A DNA stretch of 63,936 nucleotides, counting the filler, from Octopus bimaculoides (taxonomy: Eukaryota): the NCBI RefSeq assembly GCF_001194135.2. It is 7 parts of 5 records of this genome, joined end to end, with 100 filler letters (N's around TTAATTAATTAA, not from the genome) between each part and the next. Parts side by side here need not be neighbours in the genome. Positions count along the whole stretch, not along the records: positions 23,700 to 36,458 come from NC_068982.1; positions 36,559 to 51,309 come from NC_068989.1; 5 more parts are not named here. One strand, given 5' to 3'. Under the pieces are notes generated by a model. It was not told where the DNA came from. It saw nothing but the letters and a program-made list of their open reading frames with translations, and searched no databases. A program made the position numbers and the translations under genes. Within the stretch, counting starts at the first letter, position 1. Every line of letters begins with the position of its first letter. Shown here one piece after another: positions 27,240-40,018 of the stretch.

Positions 27240-28523
27240 TAGTTTGGTTGAAATTCGTTGGTACTCTTGAGTTTCAAGCGTGATGCTGGTCTTCAGTCAT
27301 TTTGAATTTGAATGACAGTTGATTGTAATTACTGTAATGTGGGCTGCGATTGGTCGAGGAAGCTCACGCGGTGTTATGGTTCAATGTTGGTGTATTGGTA
27401 GCAGTTAGTTGGAAAATACTGCATAGTGAACAGGAAATCGACCGCGTGGTGGTCCGGAAATCGGTCAGTTTACTGGAGGGGAAGTAGGAAGGGGCGATAT
27501 GTGCAAGCATATGGTTGTATTTCTGGGTGTGTAGATGCTTTCATATTGTTTCGCGTGCATGTCTGTATTGATGTGAGCGTACGCATCTGTACATGGGCAC
27601 GCATGCGCACGCTCACACACACAGACATATGAACGGACATGCGCGCACGCGCACACACATACACGAGCATACACACACATGCACATGCACTCACATGCAT
27701 ATTCATTTATATGTACATATGTATATACGCGTACTTGCATGCAAGTACACATGCATATCAGTTTGAGCGCACACACGCATGCGCGTGCACATGCATGAGT
27801 ATACATCCGCATAACAAGCGTTGGGAAATGGTAAGTGTTGGGATTTGGTAAGCGTTGGGGATTGGCAATTGGTGGTCCTGCTCATGGGGTTGGTTGGTGG
27901 CGTTGACTTTGGTGCAGGTGGTGCAGAGTAGCAGCTGGTAATATGGTAGTATATCCGGGTTATCGGCAGTCAGAGGCCTGAAATTTGCCAGAAGGACATA
28001 CCTCTAGTGACAGCAAGAAGGTAAATCATATATCTTGCTAATGGACACTGCGGGTTGTTGGAGGATATGCAGTTTTTTTGCGGAGGCAGAGCTGTTAGTT
28101 GGGGCGCCGGGTGAATATGGTGGCGTTCTATCGAATATAGACCACTTGATGCTGGGTGTTGCGCACGCGCGTTTGCATGTGCATGTACATGCATGTGTGC
28201 GCGCACTCTCATATGCATGCGTATATGCATTCATGCGTTTATACATATGTACATATAAATGAATACGCATATGTGTGTGCATGCATACGTGTGCATGTTT
28301 GTGTATGTGCGTGCATGCATGCGTGTGCGCGTGCATGTATGTGTGTCCGTTCATATATGTGTGTCCGTGTGTGTGTGTGTGTATATATGGGGGCGTGCGC
28401 GTGCGCGCCGATGCACAGATGCGCACGCTTACATCAATACAGACATGCACGCAAAACCATATGAACGTGTCTACACACCCATATAGACAACTATATACTT
28501 GTACATACTACTCTTTCCTACTT
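27240..28523 (-). mobile_element. Penelope-like element 3' fragment with an inverted copy of its own 3' region
   Basis: 27960-28155 translates on the minus strand as PSIKWSIFDRTPPYSPG...KKLHIL...CCH*RYVLLANF, resembling the Penelope GIY-YIG C-terminus (W.I.D.A.PY...C.LC..EK...CRH..K.LL.NF). Inverted arms are 27482-27812 and 28158-28523. Confidence 0.7.
27251..27310 (-). ncRNA. Minimal type I hammerhead, core intact, stem I eroded
   Basis: CTGAAGA (27296-27290), c-c-AGC atcac GCT-t, GAAAC, palindromic stem III ACTC-AA-GAGT and a GTA cleavage triplet. Distal stem I pairs AAATTC/GAATTT; proximal stem I is mismatched. Confidence 0.55.
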
Positions 28524-28589
28524 GAATTTGTGTGTCTTTGTGTCCGTTTGACTGCAACTCTATGTGTTTCATCTGTGAGTCTATGTCTT

Positions 28590-29526
28590 TAGGTTTCCGT
28601 AATTCTGGGTTGTCTCGTTTCTTCTTCTATTCCTTTGCACTTCTTCACTTCCACTGTTGTCGGTGACTGTCTTCTCTCTCTTTTCCTGAGTTTTACCTCC
28701 ACGAAATTCCCATCATATTCTGTTCTCTGCTTCTGCTTTTCTTTTTCCCCACTATCTCTTCCTGTACACTCTCTTACACCATTTCTACTGCTGCTCTAGG
28801 GCATTTCCTTCTCAAGTGACCTCTTTCACTGCATCCGTAACATTTTGGGAGTCTTCCCTCCAACATTACTTCCAGTTTTTCACCGTTTGGTAATTCCACA
28901 GTTTCCGCCATTTCATCGTAATATTCTGAACTTACTACGCAAATTACTTCAATACCATATCCCCAGCAATTCAATTGTTGAATTCTGCTTACTATGCAAA
29001 TGTTCAGGTTTTCACTTCCCTTCACTAGCTCTGAATTAAAAATTGCGACTTTCACCCATTCTGGGTCTATCGACGATGAGATTCTTCCCACCCTGACCCT
29101 GACGATTCTTTTGCGTAAAGAGTTCGGCACCAACGTCCATTTCCCTTCCAGTATCAGTCTGTTATCGTTCATTTTCGCCTCCTCTTCTGATGCAAAGGTG
29201 ACTATTATAGTCGTAATTCCTTCCTCTTGTAAAGAAAGTTATTCCTTCACTCATTCGTTCCTTCAATATTTCCTCTATCTCTTCCTGCGGTGTGTGCTGT
29301 ATTCTATTTTCATTCGAAAATGTTCTGAATATCACCGTCCTGCTTTCCAGTTTTCTTTTTTCCTCCTCTGGCAGGGTCATTTTTATGTTTGACCCTTCTT
29401 TTTTATCATGCCATAATATTTTGCTATCTTCTCCTCATTCCACTCCATGCTCTTAGGCTTCAGTACACGTGAGTCTATAGTATCTCGATCTCCAGTAGCT
29501 TCCGCGTAACTCTTCTTTTCTTCCAT
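28590..29526 (-). pseudogene. Tx1/L1-type ORF1 (gag-like, CCHC knuckle), frameshifted and 3'-truncated
   Basis: Starts MEEKKSYAEAT, continues with RVRVGRI...NCWG...LEGRLPK and the zinc knuckle CYGCSERGHLRRKC (28801-28842). It is homologous to 43188-44159. Confidence 0.75.
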
Positions 29527-30527
29527 TATTCACTTTCACCTAACGATGGTGGCTTCGCACAAAAATTCCACTTACACTTCTTAAAAAAGCAACAATAAGC
29601 GAGTCTGGTAGAGATAGCAGTATTTCATTTCAGCTCACAATATATAGAAAAATAAGGGACAATCTGTCGCTGATCTTACAACAGAAAAAGTAGCTAGTTA
29701 GAAAATTTCTATAAAAGACGAAAGTAGTAACTATACTAAGAAGTAATGTTTATCGCTACTTCAACATGACTGTTCCGTACGAACTGACGTTACTACCATT
29801 TTAAACCCCTACAAGATGCCTTCTCTAGCTGGTTATCCATGCAATCTCCACTGAGAATGGGAAAAAATAACCCGAAACCGGGTGGTCTGGTGATCCTGTC
29901 AAGTCACTAGAGAAAGGTGGAGGGTTTGCTCACCTATTTGCAATATACATCGGTCTAGTTGAATGTAACCTAATCGCTATAACTCTAGCCATTATTAATA
30001 GTGGCTCTATAAACAGGATACTCAGTTGCTACTGAAATCGCAACACAGTATTGAGATTTGTTCGATTGATCATCTTTATTGATCACTCTTTTTTTGTCAT
30101 GACGTTATTAATACAAATCCAAGATGGTTTCTTCTGTTTGTATATGTACTGCATGCTAAAATCGATATATACATTCTGTAATACAGCATTAGCACATAGG
30201 AGTGTGCTGTAATTACTCCGTCTTTCGATTTCATACCCCCCATCTGGCGTTTGGATACCTTTAATGGAGGAGCACAGTGCGTTATAGTATAGTGTACCCT
30301 GATAAAAGTCATAGATATAGACTTCCCACCAAACTGAGCAATGTATATGTGTGTTAATGTGCGTGTGTATGTGTGTGTGTGTGTTTATGTGTATGTGAAT
30401 GTGTGTATGTGTGTGAGTCTGTGTATTAACTCTTGCTATTTCTCTGAGCATCAAACTCATAATTTTGACTATGAACTTATCTTTTGTGTTTTCTTAATGT
30501 TATTTTGTTGTCTTTCTCTCCTCTTTC

Positions 30528-30564
<37 letters not shown>

Positions 30565-32619
30565 CTCTCTCTATTTTCCTTTTTCTCTCTCTCTCTCTCN
30601 NNNNNNNNNCTCTCTCTCTCTCTCTCTTTCTTTCTCTCTCTATTTTCCTTTTTCTCTCTCTCTCTCTCTCTCTCTCTTTCTCCATACACGTGCGCGCGCG
30701 CACACACATTTATATGGATATTTTCAGACATGCATACATACATGCACACATAAATATACGGGTTTACGTAATCGATTTTGCGAATTCTTGTGCTTAATTT
30801 AGAAAAATCATTTTTAAAAAGTAAGAATCTCTTTAAACATACCTTATAGATTTTTGCCTTGATTAAACACAATCAGATATAATCCAATGTGTTTATTTTG
30901 TGGTTGAAATCTCTTGGCATCAAATTATTAACCACGTCTTTTCAAATGCATAAATGCGCAGATGCATGATTCTTCAGAATTATTTTTATACCAACTTATT
31001 AAATAAAAGAGAACATTTCTACATAGTCCATTTTTCATACGCTCATTTTACTAAATTCATCTCAGGAAATTGTCTCCCTTAAAAATATAGTTACGTTGCA
31101 ATGGTGAGATTTTGGAATATGTAATTTCAAATTCATCTAGACAATTTTTGATATAATTGTTCTAGATGACTGCAGGGGTTTTCTCTCAAATCATAATCTT
31201 TAAATGATAGCAACGCATATATAATATAATAAACCTTGAACTTCGTCTGTTTTGGTATTATTTTTCTCCTTTGAGATAGGATATATTATCATTATATACT
31301 GAAGTATTTGGGCTAGTCTCCTCATCTTGATTGTTATAGTTGCAACGTTGGACGGTTATACCTTTCAGTCTTCATGCACCCGTTGAATCCGTCAACAGTT
31401 CAGAACTTTCGAACTGTCTCTTTTATAAAATCCACGATGGTAAACATTTTCATTCTTCTTTCAACACCAAGAATCTCTAACACTGCGAATATAAGTTTTG
31501 ATAGGAGGCGAGTTTAAGCATAGAGATTCAGCTGGGGACCATAAGTTCAAGACTATGTCAGTAAAATATTATATACTATTGTTCACGCAGAACGAGCAAG
31601 TCACATCACGAATAAGAAAAAAAAAGGAACTAACTGAACATGATCTCTGCTAAAGGAACGAGAAAAAGGAGCTCATTCACACATGTCTGATTTAATAAAC
31701 TATTCCGTCCGAAATTCCTAAATGATAATTATATAAATCAGGCACTTGAAGAGGTTTCGGGCATACAACAGCCGAATTGTTTTAACTCAGGGTAGGCAGT
31801 TGGTGACGTTTATGTAGTAAAACACACAAAACTAAAGAAAAATAAACAAAACGTTGTTGTAGGAATGCAGCATGTGTACTATACGTAGTTTTAATACTGA
31901 GATTGAAAGGCAGGGGCGAATTATGCCTACCTAATCTATAAAAAAATGAAATATTTTGCATTTTATGCATAATAATCAGAGTAGCCTTCATAACTTTATT
32001 GGATTAGGTGCATATTTTGCCATAAAAGGAACATGTTACTGTCGATCTAGTTCATTCAAAGTAGACACTGCCTACCTTGCGTACCCATTCGGCACGTCCC
32101 TGGTTTTAACTCTGACAATCAATATGAGAAAACTGATCTAAGCATATGAATGCATTAACAAAAGTCGCCAAACAAGAAGTATCAGTAAAGAAAATAATAT
32201 CGTTCCAAATCCCCAAAATGCATCAAGAATTTATTACTTCATAAAAATATTGTTTGATACGAAAAAATACTAATAATAAAAGTTTACATTGGAAAACAGT
32301 CGTGTTTAAGAAATATATTAGATCTAAAATAAAAACTGTTCCACCACATATACAAATGTGTAACAGTAATAAACTTCAATTATTCTTTTTTTTTCTACTA
32401 GTTTTAAAGATTGACGACAGCCAAGCTGGCTACCGCCTTCAACAAAACAAAAGACTCTCCTGGAATATAAGTTAGCGTTCTTATAAACACAAGGTTAGTG
32501 TTTAGGTTACTGGAAGGTGGTGGCTCATGTAACGTCCGGCCGAAATTAAGGTATGTTTCATAAGCTTGTGATCTTTCAAACCATCAAATATAGTAGTTTA
32601 TCGATCTTTACATTAGTCT

Positions 32620-32830
32620 ATGATAGAGAATCATCGTCTGGGCAAGATACTGAACTATCTCTTGACTGGCGAAAGAGGAGGACACCAGAGGAAATGTAGA
32701 AATATTTTCCGACGAAATCACTTGAACTATCGTCAGTAAGATACTTGGTGACACATATTCTCCAGTTTGTCTCCCTCGAGAACGCAAATAGGTCTATTTT
32801 TGAAGGAAAAGAGACATTGAAGTAGACACA
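32620..32830 (+). pseudogene. Possible RTE-like LINE C-terminal remnant
   Basis: MIENHRLGKILNYLLTGERGGHQRKCRNIFRRNH resembles the RTE post-RT RM...RLPK..LYG...G.R..G motif; heavily decayed. Confidence 0.3.
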
Positions 32831-33004
32831 GCAAAAATGAACCAAGAATTTATGTTAACGTAATCAACCTGGTGTCAACGTAGACCACTGTCTTCATCAA
32901 TCATCAGTCGAGAAGCCAAGCCGTAATTATGAAATTTAACAACTGGTTTTGCCACCTTTCTATCACAATACATGTTTTAACCGGTGGTTTTTGTGTTAAA
33001 TCCA

Positions 33005-33180
33005 TAAACACAAATGCAGACACAGACTCGCGCATAGTCCATTATAAAATCCCAATCTGATGGTACTGGTCAATATGAGATTATAGTAGAAAAAAAAGTG
33101 TACAAGATGCCACTGAACAAGAAGGTTGGACCCGGAATCATTTCGTTGTCAAACAAATTTTTAACCGCATAACTATGCTT
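33005..33180 (-). mobile_element. Ancient SINE family A copy
   Basis: ATTATAGTAGAA...CAAGATGCCAC...GGACCCGGAATCAT...TTAACCGCATAACTA is collinear with the family A 5' half. Confidence 0.55.
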
Positions 33181-34250
33181 GAGCCTACTCTACAAACATT
33201 TGCCATTTTGATTTTTATACGAGTTTCATGAGATTCGTCTCGTTTCAAATGTCAGCTCTAATTGATTATCATCTTAATGTTCCAATAAACTTCACATATT
33301 TTTCTCATTACAATAATAACGGTACAATAATGTTCAATTTTGTCATTCGTTGAACATACCGCAATTTTCGGAAAACTAAGGAAAAGAAGAATGCTATCAA
33401 ATATGGTTTCAGTCATACACCTTCAGTCATAAAATTCATAAACTTGTCATTTTCCACCATCAGTTTCCTATTCTAATATAATATACCATCCTTCAATTTC
33501 CCTCCTCTTACAGCTGAAAACATATGACAAACATATCTAAATGCACCTCCATTTTGACATAATCGCTCATATTATCCCGACAATGATAAAAAGAACGTGT
33601 ACAGTCTATATTAAGAACTGTAACTCCAATTTTACATCCTAGAAAATCTCATTTCCGAATGACCAACTTTGGGTTTTAGATTACTGCATCAGAATGCTAT
33701 GTACTCGAGCTATTTCGTTTAAATTAGTAGAAACGAATGAAATGCGCCTATGATAATTTACCAGTTTTACAGAGGTTCTATGATTTCATTTGTATGAGAT
33801 AATCTGTAAATTCTATACCTGTGAAATAGCCTGAATGGACAAAATGTCCAATAGTAATTGAATGTGCAAATGGTTCATTATAACAATGGCATTTCTTTTA
33901 CTGTTTTTTTGTTGTTGTTTTTTCGTGACAAAAATCAATAAATAATCTCGTTCGCTTTGTATACATGTGAATTTGTGTAGTTTGCTTTATTATTTTTGCA
34001 ATAAATAAGTTCATTATACCATACAGATTTCTACAAATTTCTTCTAAGCAATCTTACTGTATAAATGTTTCTTTCGTGCTCATATTTTCTATTTTACATT
34101 TCGTTTTATTGGAAACAATATATATTAATTGCTCATATATTAATCTATAAATAATCGATATATTGTGACAAGTAAAATTTTAGAAATAATACAAGAAAAC
34201 ATCAAATATTATGGGTTTTTATAATATTGTTGTACTGATTTTGAACATAA

Positions 34251-34600
34251 AGCCAAGACTGCAAAATTTTGAGAAAAAAGTATAATCGATTATATCAACT
34301 CTGATCGGATAAATTGTCAGCAGTGGGATTTGAACTCAAGCCCTAAAAGGCCCAAGCTAAATGTCCTTACGGATTTATCCGGCTCCCAAATGATTTATCA
34401 GTCACTGCACCGTATTTTGATTTGATCAAGGCCAAATATTTTGGAAGGAAGCACAACCGATAAATTTGACACTATTAATTAGCTTGTATTCATTTTATCG
34501 ATCCCGAAATTATAAAAGGCAATGTTCGCTTCGACGTGTTTTGAACTCAGAACGTAAAAGATCTAAATACGCTAGGTATTTTTTTCAAACGAATCTGCTA
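34251..34600 (-). mobile_element. Two adjacent degraded family C-like SINEs
   Basis: Two units beginning CAAAGCC/CAAGGCC, each containing TTTGAACTCA (B box reverse complement) and ATCGA motifs. A similar relic lies at 25230-25360. Confidence 0.55.
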
Positions 34601-35851
34601 ACCAAATGATTACTATATACTACTAGCGTAAAATTTATTAAAATAAATGGCAACAAATTAAATCACCATCAATTTTAATCTCGATTTGAGGGATAAAAAT
34701 TAATATAATTTTCGAAATTTGCATAGCAGGAACGACTAATAAACATCTAATTCAATTTTTTACAAAACTTGATGCAGTCCAGATTTATTGATTAGTTTCT
34801 CTGCGAGTTGATCAAATATTTGACATTCCTGTAATTCTATTTATGCAGACAAATACATTCCTGAGTTGTTCCGTTACGAAATATAAAATATTACACCTAC
34901 TTAACATAAAAGATTAGATAACTACTGCCTTGTGACAGAATATATTTATGGTGTGAACTGCGCTGGAACCGTTTCGTATATTTAAGCAGTTTCGTGTTCC
35001 GATTATTCTTTTATTTAACTAGGCATAAAAACAGCAGGAAAAGAGGCATCAAAATGACAACCTGTTGCTAAAAGATTCAGAAGATCGTTTCTTTGTCCTG
35101 ACGTTACACTGCATTCTTTTTTAAAGGAACCGCAATATCAATAGTCTACTTGAGTTTAAATAATTTCTACGGCATACTAATACTACTTTAGATAATAAAC
35201 TCTACAATAGACCCGAATTTCTATATGAAGGAAGAAAATGATGTCTTGGAAACTCTAACTGATTTCAATTAATCCAGACTAGTGTACTCAAATACACAAA
35301 TTTCCCAAAGGAAAGAATTCGTAGGAAGGGCGGATTTAATTCAGACTGAATACGTAGCCCACACTATTATCTCAAAGCAATGCCTAAACATTTAGACTTT
35401 AAACTAATTCTCTCCAGGTATAAGTTAATAGGAAGTGAATATACAGCTGTAGGCAACAAGCAGTGGTTATGACATTATTTATGATATTCTGTTTCGAACT
35501 ACGTATGTAAACTGAAGTTGAAGACTTAATCCGATATAGAAGCAGCAATATATTATAACATACGAATCCACTTCATTAAATTCTATGCTGTCTTCTATCC
35601 GTCTACATGGTTAATTTAGCAAAGATTCGGAGTGGAATGTTTTACGGGACCTGAGTGAAAAAAATTCTTAGCAAAAGTTTCATTACACACACGCTCACAC
35701 ACAAACACACATGCATATATAGATAAATAAATAGATAGGTAGACCGGCAGACAGACAGATACATACATATATACATACATACATACATACATAGGTAGAC
35801 AGACACACAGGCAGGGAGACAGACTGACAGGCAGACAGACAAATAGATCGT

Positions 35852-36270
35852 TTATCTTTTACTTTTTCCAGTCATTAGACTGCGGCCATGCTGGGGCATT
35901 GCTTTGAAGAATTTTTACTCGAATGAATCGACCCTAATACATGTTTTTAAATGTCTGGTACTTATTCTATCGATTCTCTGGCCGAATCGCTAAGTTACGA
36001 GAACGTAAACACACAAACACTGGTTGTCAAACAAGTGGTGGGGGACAAACACACACACACAAACACAGACACACACACACACTCACACACAAATACACAC
36101 ACACACACATAGCTTCTTTCAGTTTCCCTCTATCAAATCCACTCACAAGACTTTCGTCGGTCCGAGGCTACAGTAGAAGACACTTGCTCAAGGTGCCACG
36201 CAGTGGGACTGAACCAGGAACCATGCGGTTCGGAAGCAAGCTTCTTACCCCCACAGCCACGCCGGTGCCT
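35852..36270 (-). mobile_element. SINE family A, full length
   Basis: Head, CORE-like part, internal (CA)n, 3' half and (TTTTAC)-like tail are all collinear with 60280-60722. Confidence 0.9.
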
Positions 36271-36273
36271 ATG

Positions 36274-36334
<61 letters not shown>

Positions 36335-36335
36335 G

Positions 36336-36458
36336 TTTCTTTATTAGCCACACAGGGCTCAACACAGAGGGGACAAAATACAAATGTAGAGTTTTTCTTT
36401 CTTTTCGAGGGGGGCGAAAACAAAGTAGAAAAAAAAAACAAAAGTGGGGACAACGATG
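36336..36458 (-). mobile_element. 3' end of an L1/Tx1-like retroelement (rest lost in gap)
   Basis: Minus strand TTTGTCCCCTCTGTGTTGAGCCCTGTGTGGCTAATAAAGAAA, the same tail as at 44385-44425 and 62970-63012. Confidence 0.65.
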
Positions 36459-36558
36459 NNNNNNNNNNNNNNNNNNNNNNNNNNNNNNNNNNNNNNNNNN
36501 NNTTAATTAATTAANNNNNNNNNNNNNNNNNNNNNNNNNNNNNNNNNNNNNNNNNNNN

Positions 36559-36606
<48 letters not shown>

Positions 36607-36654
36607 TACACACACACACACATATATATATACATATACATATACATACATACA

Positions 36655-36711
<57 letters not shown>

Positions 36712-36883
36712 TAAGGGAATGCAAATGCGCTTCCCTGATAGAAATAAGAGTTAAGACCTACATTTAAACCACCAGTATTAACACTGAAAATAATGGCAGA
36801 AAATCAATAGCAGTCGGGTGAACGGGGTTAAAAATCTTTCACATACCTATAGAGCCCGATGCTGAATATTTCTTAGTATTTCG

Positions 36884-36939
36884 ATACACGTGGACCGGTT
36901 TCTTTTTTGACATACAGTCTCACCTTCCTCAGCACGTAT
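36884..36939 (-). ncRNA. Minimal type I hammerhead (left arm)
   Basis: ATACGTG-CTGAGGA-aggtga GAC tgtat GTC aaaaaa-GAAAC-CG-GTC-CACGTGT. The core is intact and the base of stem II is mutated. Confidence 0.7.
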
Positions 36940-37140
36940 TACTGTTGTTGCTGTATTATCAACTATTTACATTATCCTAGTTAATAATAATAATAATAAT
37001 ATCTATATAAATATTCACTCCTGAATATTTGCTCCTCATTGGTATTTTTACACTGAAGCTGTTCTGGTTTTGGTGCAAAACAATTCAGAACGCCAGTAGA
37101 CTTCAACACGACGGGTTGAAAGGATTTTTTTCAACCGGTT

Positions 37141-37194
37141 ATACGTGCTGAAGAAGGTAAGACTGTATGTCAAACCAAAAACCGGTCCACGTGT
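37141..37194 (+). ncRNA. Minimal type I hammerhead (right arm)
   Basis: ATACGTG-CTGAAGA-a GGT aa GAC tgtat GTC aa ACC a-AAAAC-CG-GTC-CACGTGT. Stems are intact, with G12 changed to A. Confidence 0.7.
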
Positions 37195-37521
37195 ATCCAA
37201 ATACTAATATATAGCATTATGCTATATAGGGATGTGAATTATTTTTTGGCCCATTCACCCGACTACTGTTGATCTTCTGTCGTAATCTCCAGTGTTATTA
37301 TTGGTGGTTTAAATGTGGGTTTTAACTCTTATTTCTAGTTGACAGGCGCATCTGTATAGCCTTATGATCGATATAAATTTTAATTCTATTGCTATATAAT
37401 GCTATTTCAGGCCTGCAACCACTTATATCATTGTTGTTGTTATTTTCAATTATTTATATTATCGTGGATAATAATAACAATAATACTATCTTATATAAAT
37501 ATTCACTCTGAATATTTGGTC

Positions 37522-38385
37522 CTTATTTATGCCGGCAGCGAAGAATTCTAAAGACCAAGAGGTGATGTAATCACGAAAGGCTGTTTTTGCTTCTTCTTCA
37601 GATTTGAAATTTTTTTCCTTGCAAAAAGTTGTATAATGGTTGGAAACGTGATAGTCAGTTGGTGCAAGGTCTGTTGAATATAGTTGATGACAGAGTACTT
37701 CCATGTTCAGTTCCTGTAACTTGAGTAGCGATCTTTGTGGTCGAGCATTGTCTTGCAAAAGAATTGACCTAATTCTATTCACAAATCTCGGTTGTTTAAT
37801 TGCAAGTTCACTCATCATTTCATCCAATTGATTAATGTATAGATTCTTATGTAATTGATTTACCAGGACTCATTAAGCTGTAATGAATGACACCAGCGCT
37901 AGACGACCAAACAGACATCATTAGCTTGTTTTTGGTGAATATTCTTCTTTGGATTGTGTTTTGGCACTTCGTCTCTATCCAACCACCGTGCAGAACGCTT
38001 GCTATTCTTGAAAAGAATCTATTTTTCATCACACGTAACAATACGATGCAAAAATGGTTCACTTTTATGCCGTGGTCACAAAGAACAGAAAATTTTAAGA
38101 CGACGGGTCAGTTGATGCTCGTTCAGTTCGTGTGGTACCCACTTGTCCATCTTCTCTATCTTGCCAATTTGTCTGGAATGTATTGGTTCCACGATAGAAC
38201 TTATATTCATAAACAGCACGAATATTTGATCTATCCATAGGTTCACAAAAATTGATTCACAACAGAAAACTCACAATATAATCAGACACCGTGAATTGCA
38301 TTTCGAAAAGTGATGATGTAACTCTTCAATATTGTAAAACCAAGAATTGTCAGGATAAAACGTTAGAGTTAACGACTGTCAAACT
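37522..38385 (-). pseudogene. mariner (DD34D) transposase remnant
   Basis: ATG at 38238 (MDRSNIRAVYEYKF), a deletion, then KWVPHELNEHQ...FLHRIVTCDEK, LLQDNARP and YSTDLAPTDYH; frameshifted and truncated at the 3' end. Confidence 0.92.
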
Positions 38386-38843
38386 TGGTGCATAAGTGAA
38401 TCGGAGATTTCATTCTTAATGACACTTATAACAAAACACACCACACACATTTTTATGTGTGTGTGTGTGTATGCTCCCGCGTGTGTGCATGATTGTGTTA
38501 GCGTGTTTCTGTTGGTATATTATTTTTCTTTCACTTCAGTAAAAATTTCGCCAAAGATATGAATGATGCATGTATGTGTGGGCATTATATTTAGTTTGGT
38601 GGGCCTTTTGTCACCGTTAGCCTTGCGGAGACAGTAACTTTACCATTTCTATATTTAGACTGTTTCCAGAAGCAAGTGCCTGGTACTTGTACACTTACCA
38701 CCTCTCACCTCTTATATACATCACAAAGGATAAAAAGTCAATATGTTCGCAGTATCGGTTGAGCCGCAGGGGATAACAGTTGTAGGTTAAGCATATTCTT
38801 ACAAATTTGCTTTAGGGTTTTACCTAACGTGTGTGTGTGCGTG

Positions 38844-38894
<51 letters not shown>

Positions 38895-39872
38895 CANNNN
38901 NNNNNNNNNNNNNNNNNNNNNNNNNNNNNNNNNNNNNNNNNNNNNNNNNNNNNNNNNNNNNNNNNNNNNNNNNNNNNNNNNNNNNNNNNNNNNNNNNNNN
39001 NNNNNNNNNNNNNNNNNNNNNNNNNNNNNNNNNNNNNNNNNNNNNNNNNNNNNNNNNNNNNNNNNNNNNNNNNNNNNNNNNNNNNNNNNNNNNNNNNNNN
39101 NNNNNNNNNNNNNNNNNNNNNNNNNNNNNNNNNNNNNNNNNNNNNNNNNNNNNNNNNNNNNNNNNNNNNNNNNNNNNNNNNNNNNNNNNNNNNNNNNNNN
39201 NNNNNNNNNNNNNNNNNNNNNNNNNNNNNNNNNNNNNNNNNNNNNNNNNNNNNNNNNNNNNNNNNNNNNNNNNNNNNNNNNNNNNNNNNNNNNNNNNNNN
39301 NNNNNNNNNNNNNNNNNNNNNNNNNNNNNNNNNNNNNNNNNNNNNNNNNNNNNNNNNNNNNNNNNNNNNNNNNNNNNNNNNNNNNNNNNNNNNNNNNNNN
39401 NNNNNNNNNNNNNNNNNNNNNNNNNNNNNNNNNNNNNNNNNNNNNNNNNNNNNNNNNNNNNNNNNNNNNNNNNNNNNNNNNNNNNNNNNNNNNNNNNNNN
39501 NNNNNNNNNNNNNNNNNNNNNNNNNNNNNNNNNNNNNNNNNNNNNNNNNNNNNNNNNNNNNNNNNNNNNNNNNNNNNNNNNNNNNNNNNNNNNNNNNNNN
39601 NNNNNNNNNNNNNNNNNNNNNNNNNNNNNNNNNNNNNNNNNNNNNNNNNNNNNNNNNNNNNNNNNNNNNNNNNNNNNNNNNNNNNNNNNNNNNNNNNNNN
39701 NNNNNNNNNNNNNNNNNNNNNNNNNNNNNNNNNNNNNNNNNNNNNNNNNNNNNNNNNNNNNNNNNNNNNNNNNNNNNNNNNNNNNNNNNNNNNNNNNNNN
39801 NNNNNNNNNNNNNNNNNNNNNGTATACGTGAAAGTGTGTGTGGTCATGAATGTTTAAGTGGCACTCACTCAG

Positions 39873-39943
<71 letters not shown>

Positions 39944-39964
39944 TTCTCTCTCTATCTCTATCTT

Positions 39965-40018
<54 letters not shown>

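Larger units (their letters stand above)
36706..37369. repeat. About 230-bp inverted repeat with a hammerhead motif at the inner end of each arm
   Basis: Arms 36706-36939 and 37141-37369 align at roughly 80% by eye. Confidence 0.9.

Noticed and set aside
31320-31400. Relic resembling the 21119-21168 hammerhead tail (AACAATCAAGATGAGG, GAAAGGTATAAC on the minus strand)
   Set aside because: Flank similarity is suggestive, but CUGAnGA and GAAA are not recoverable.
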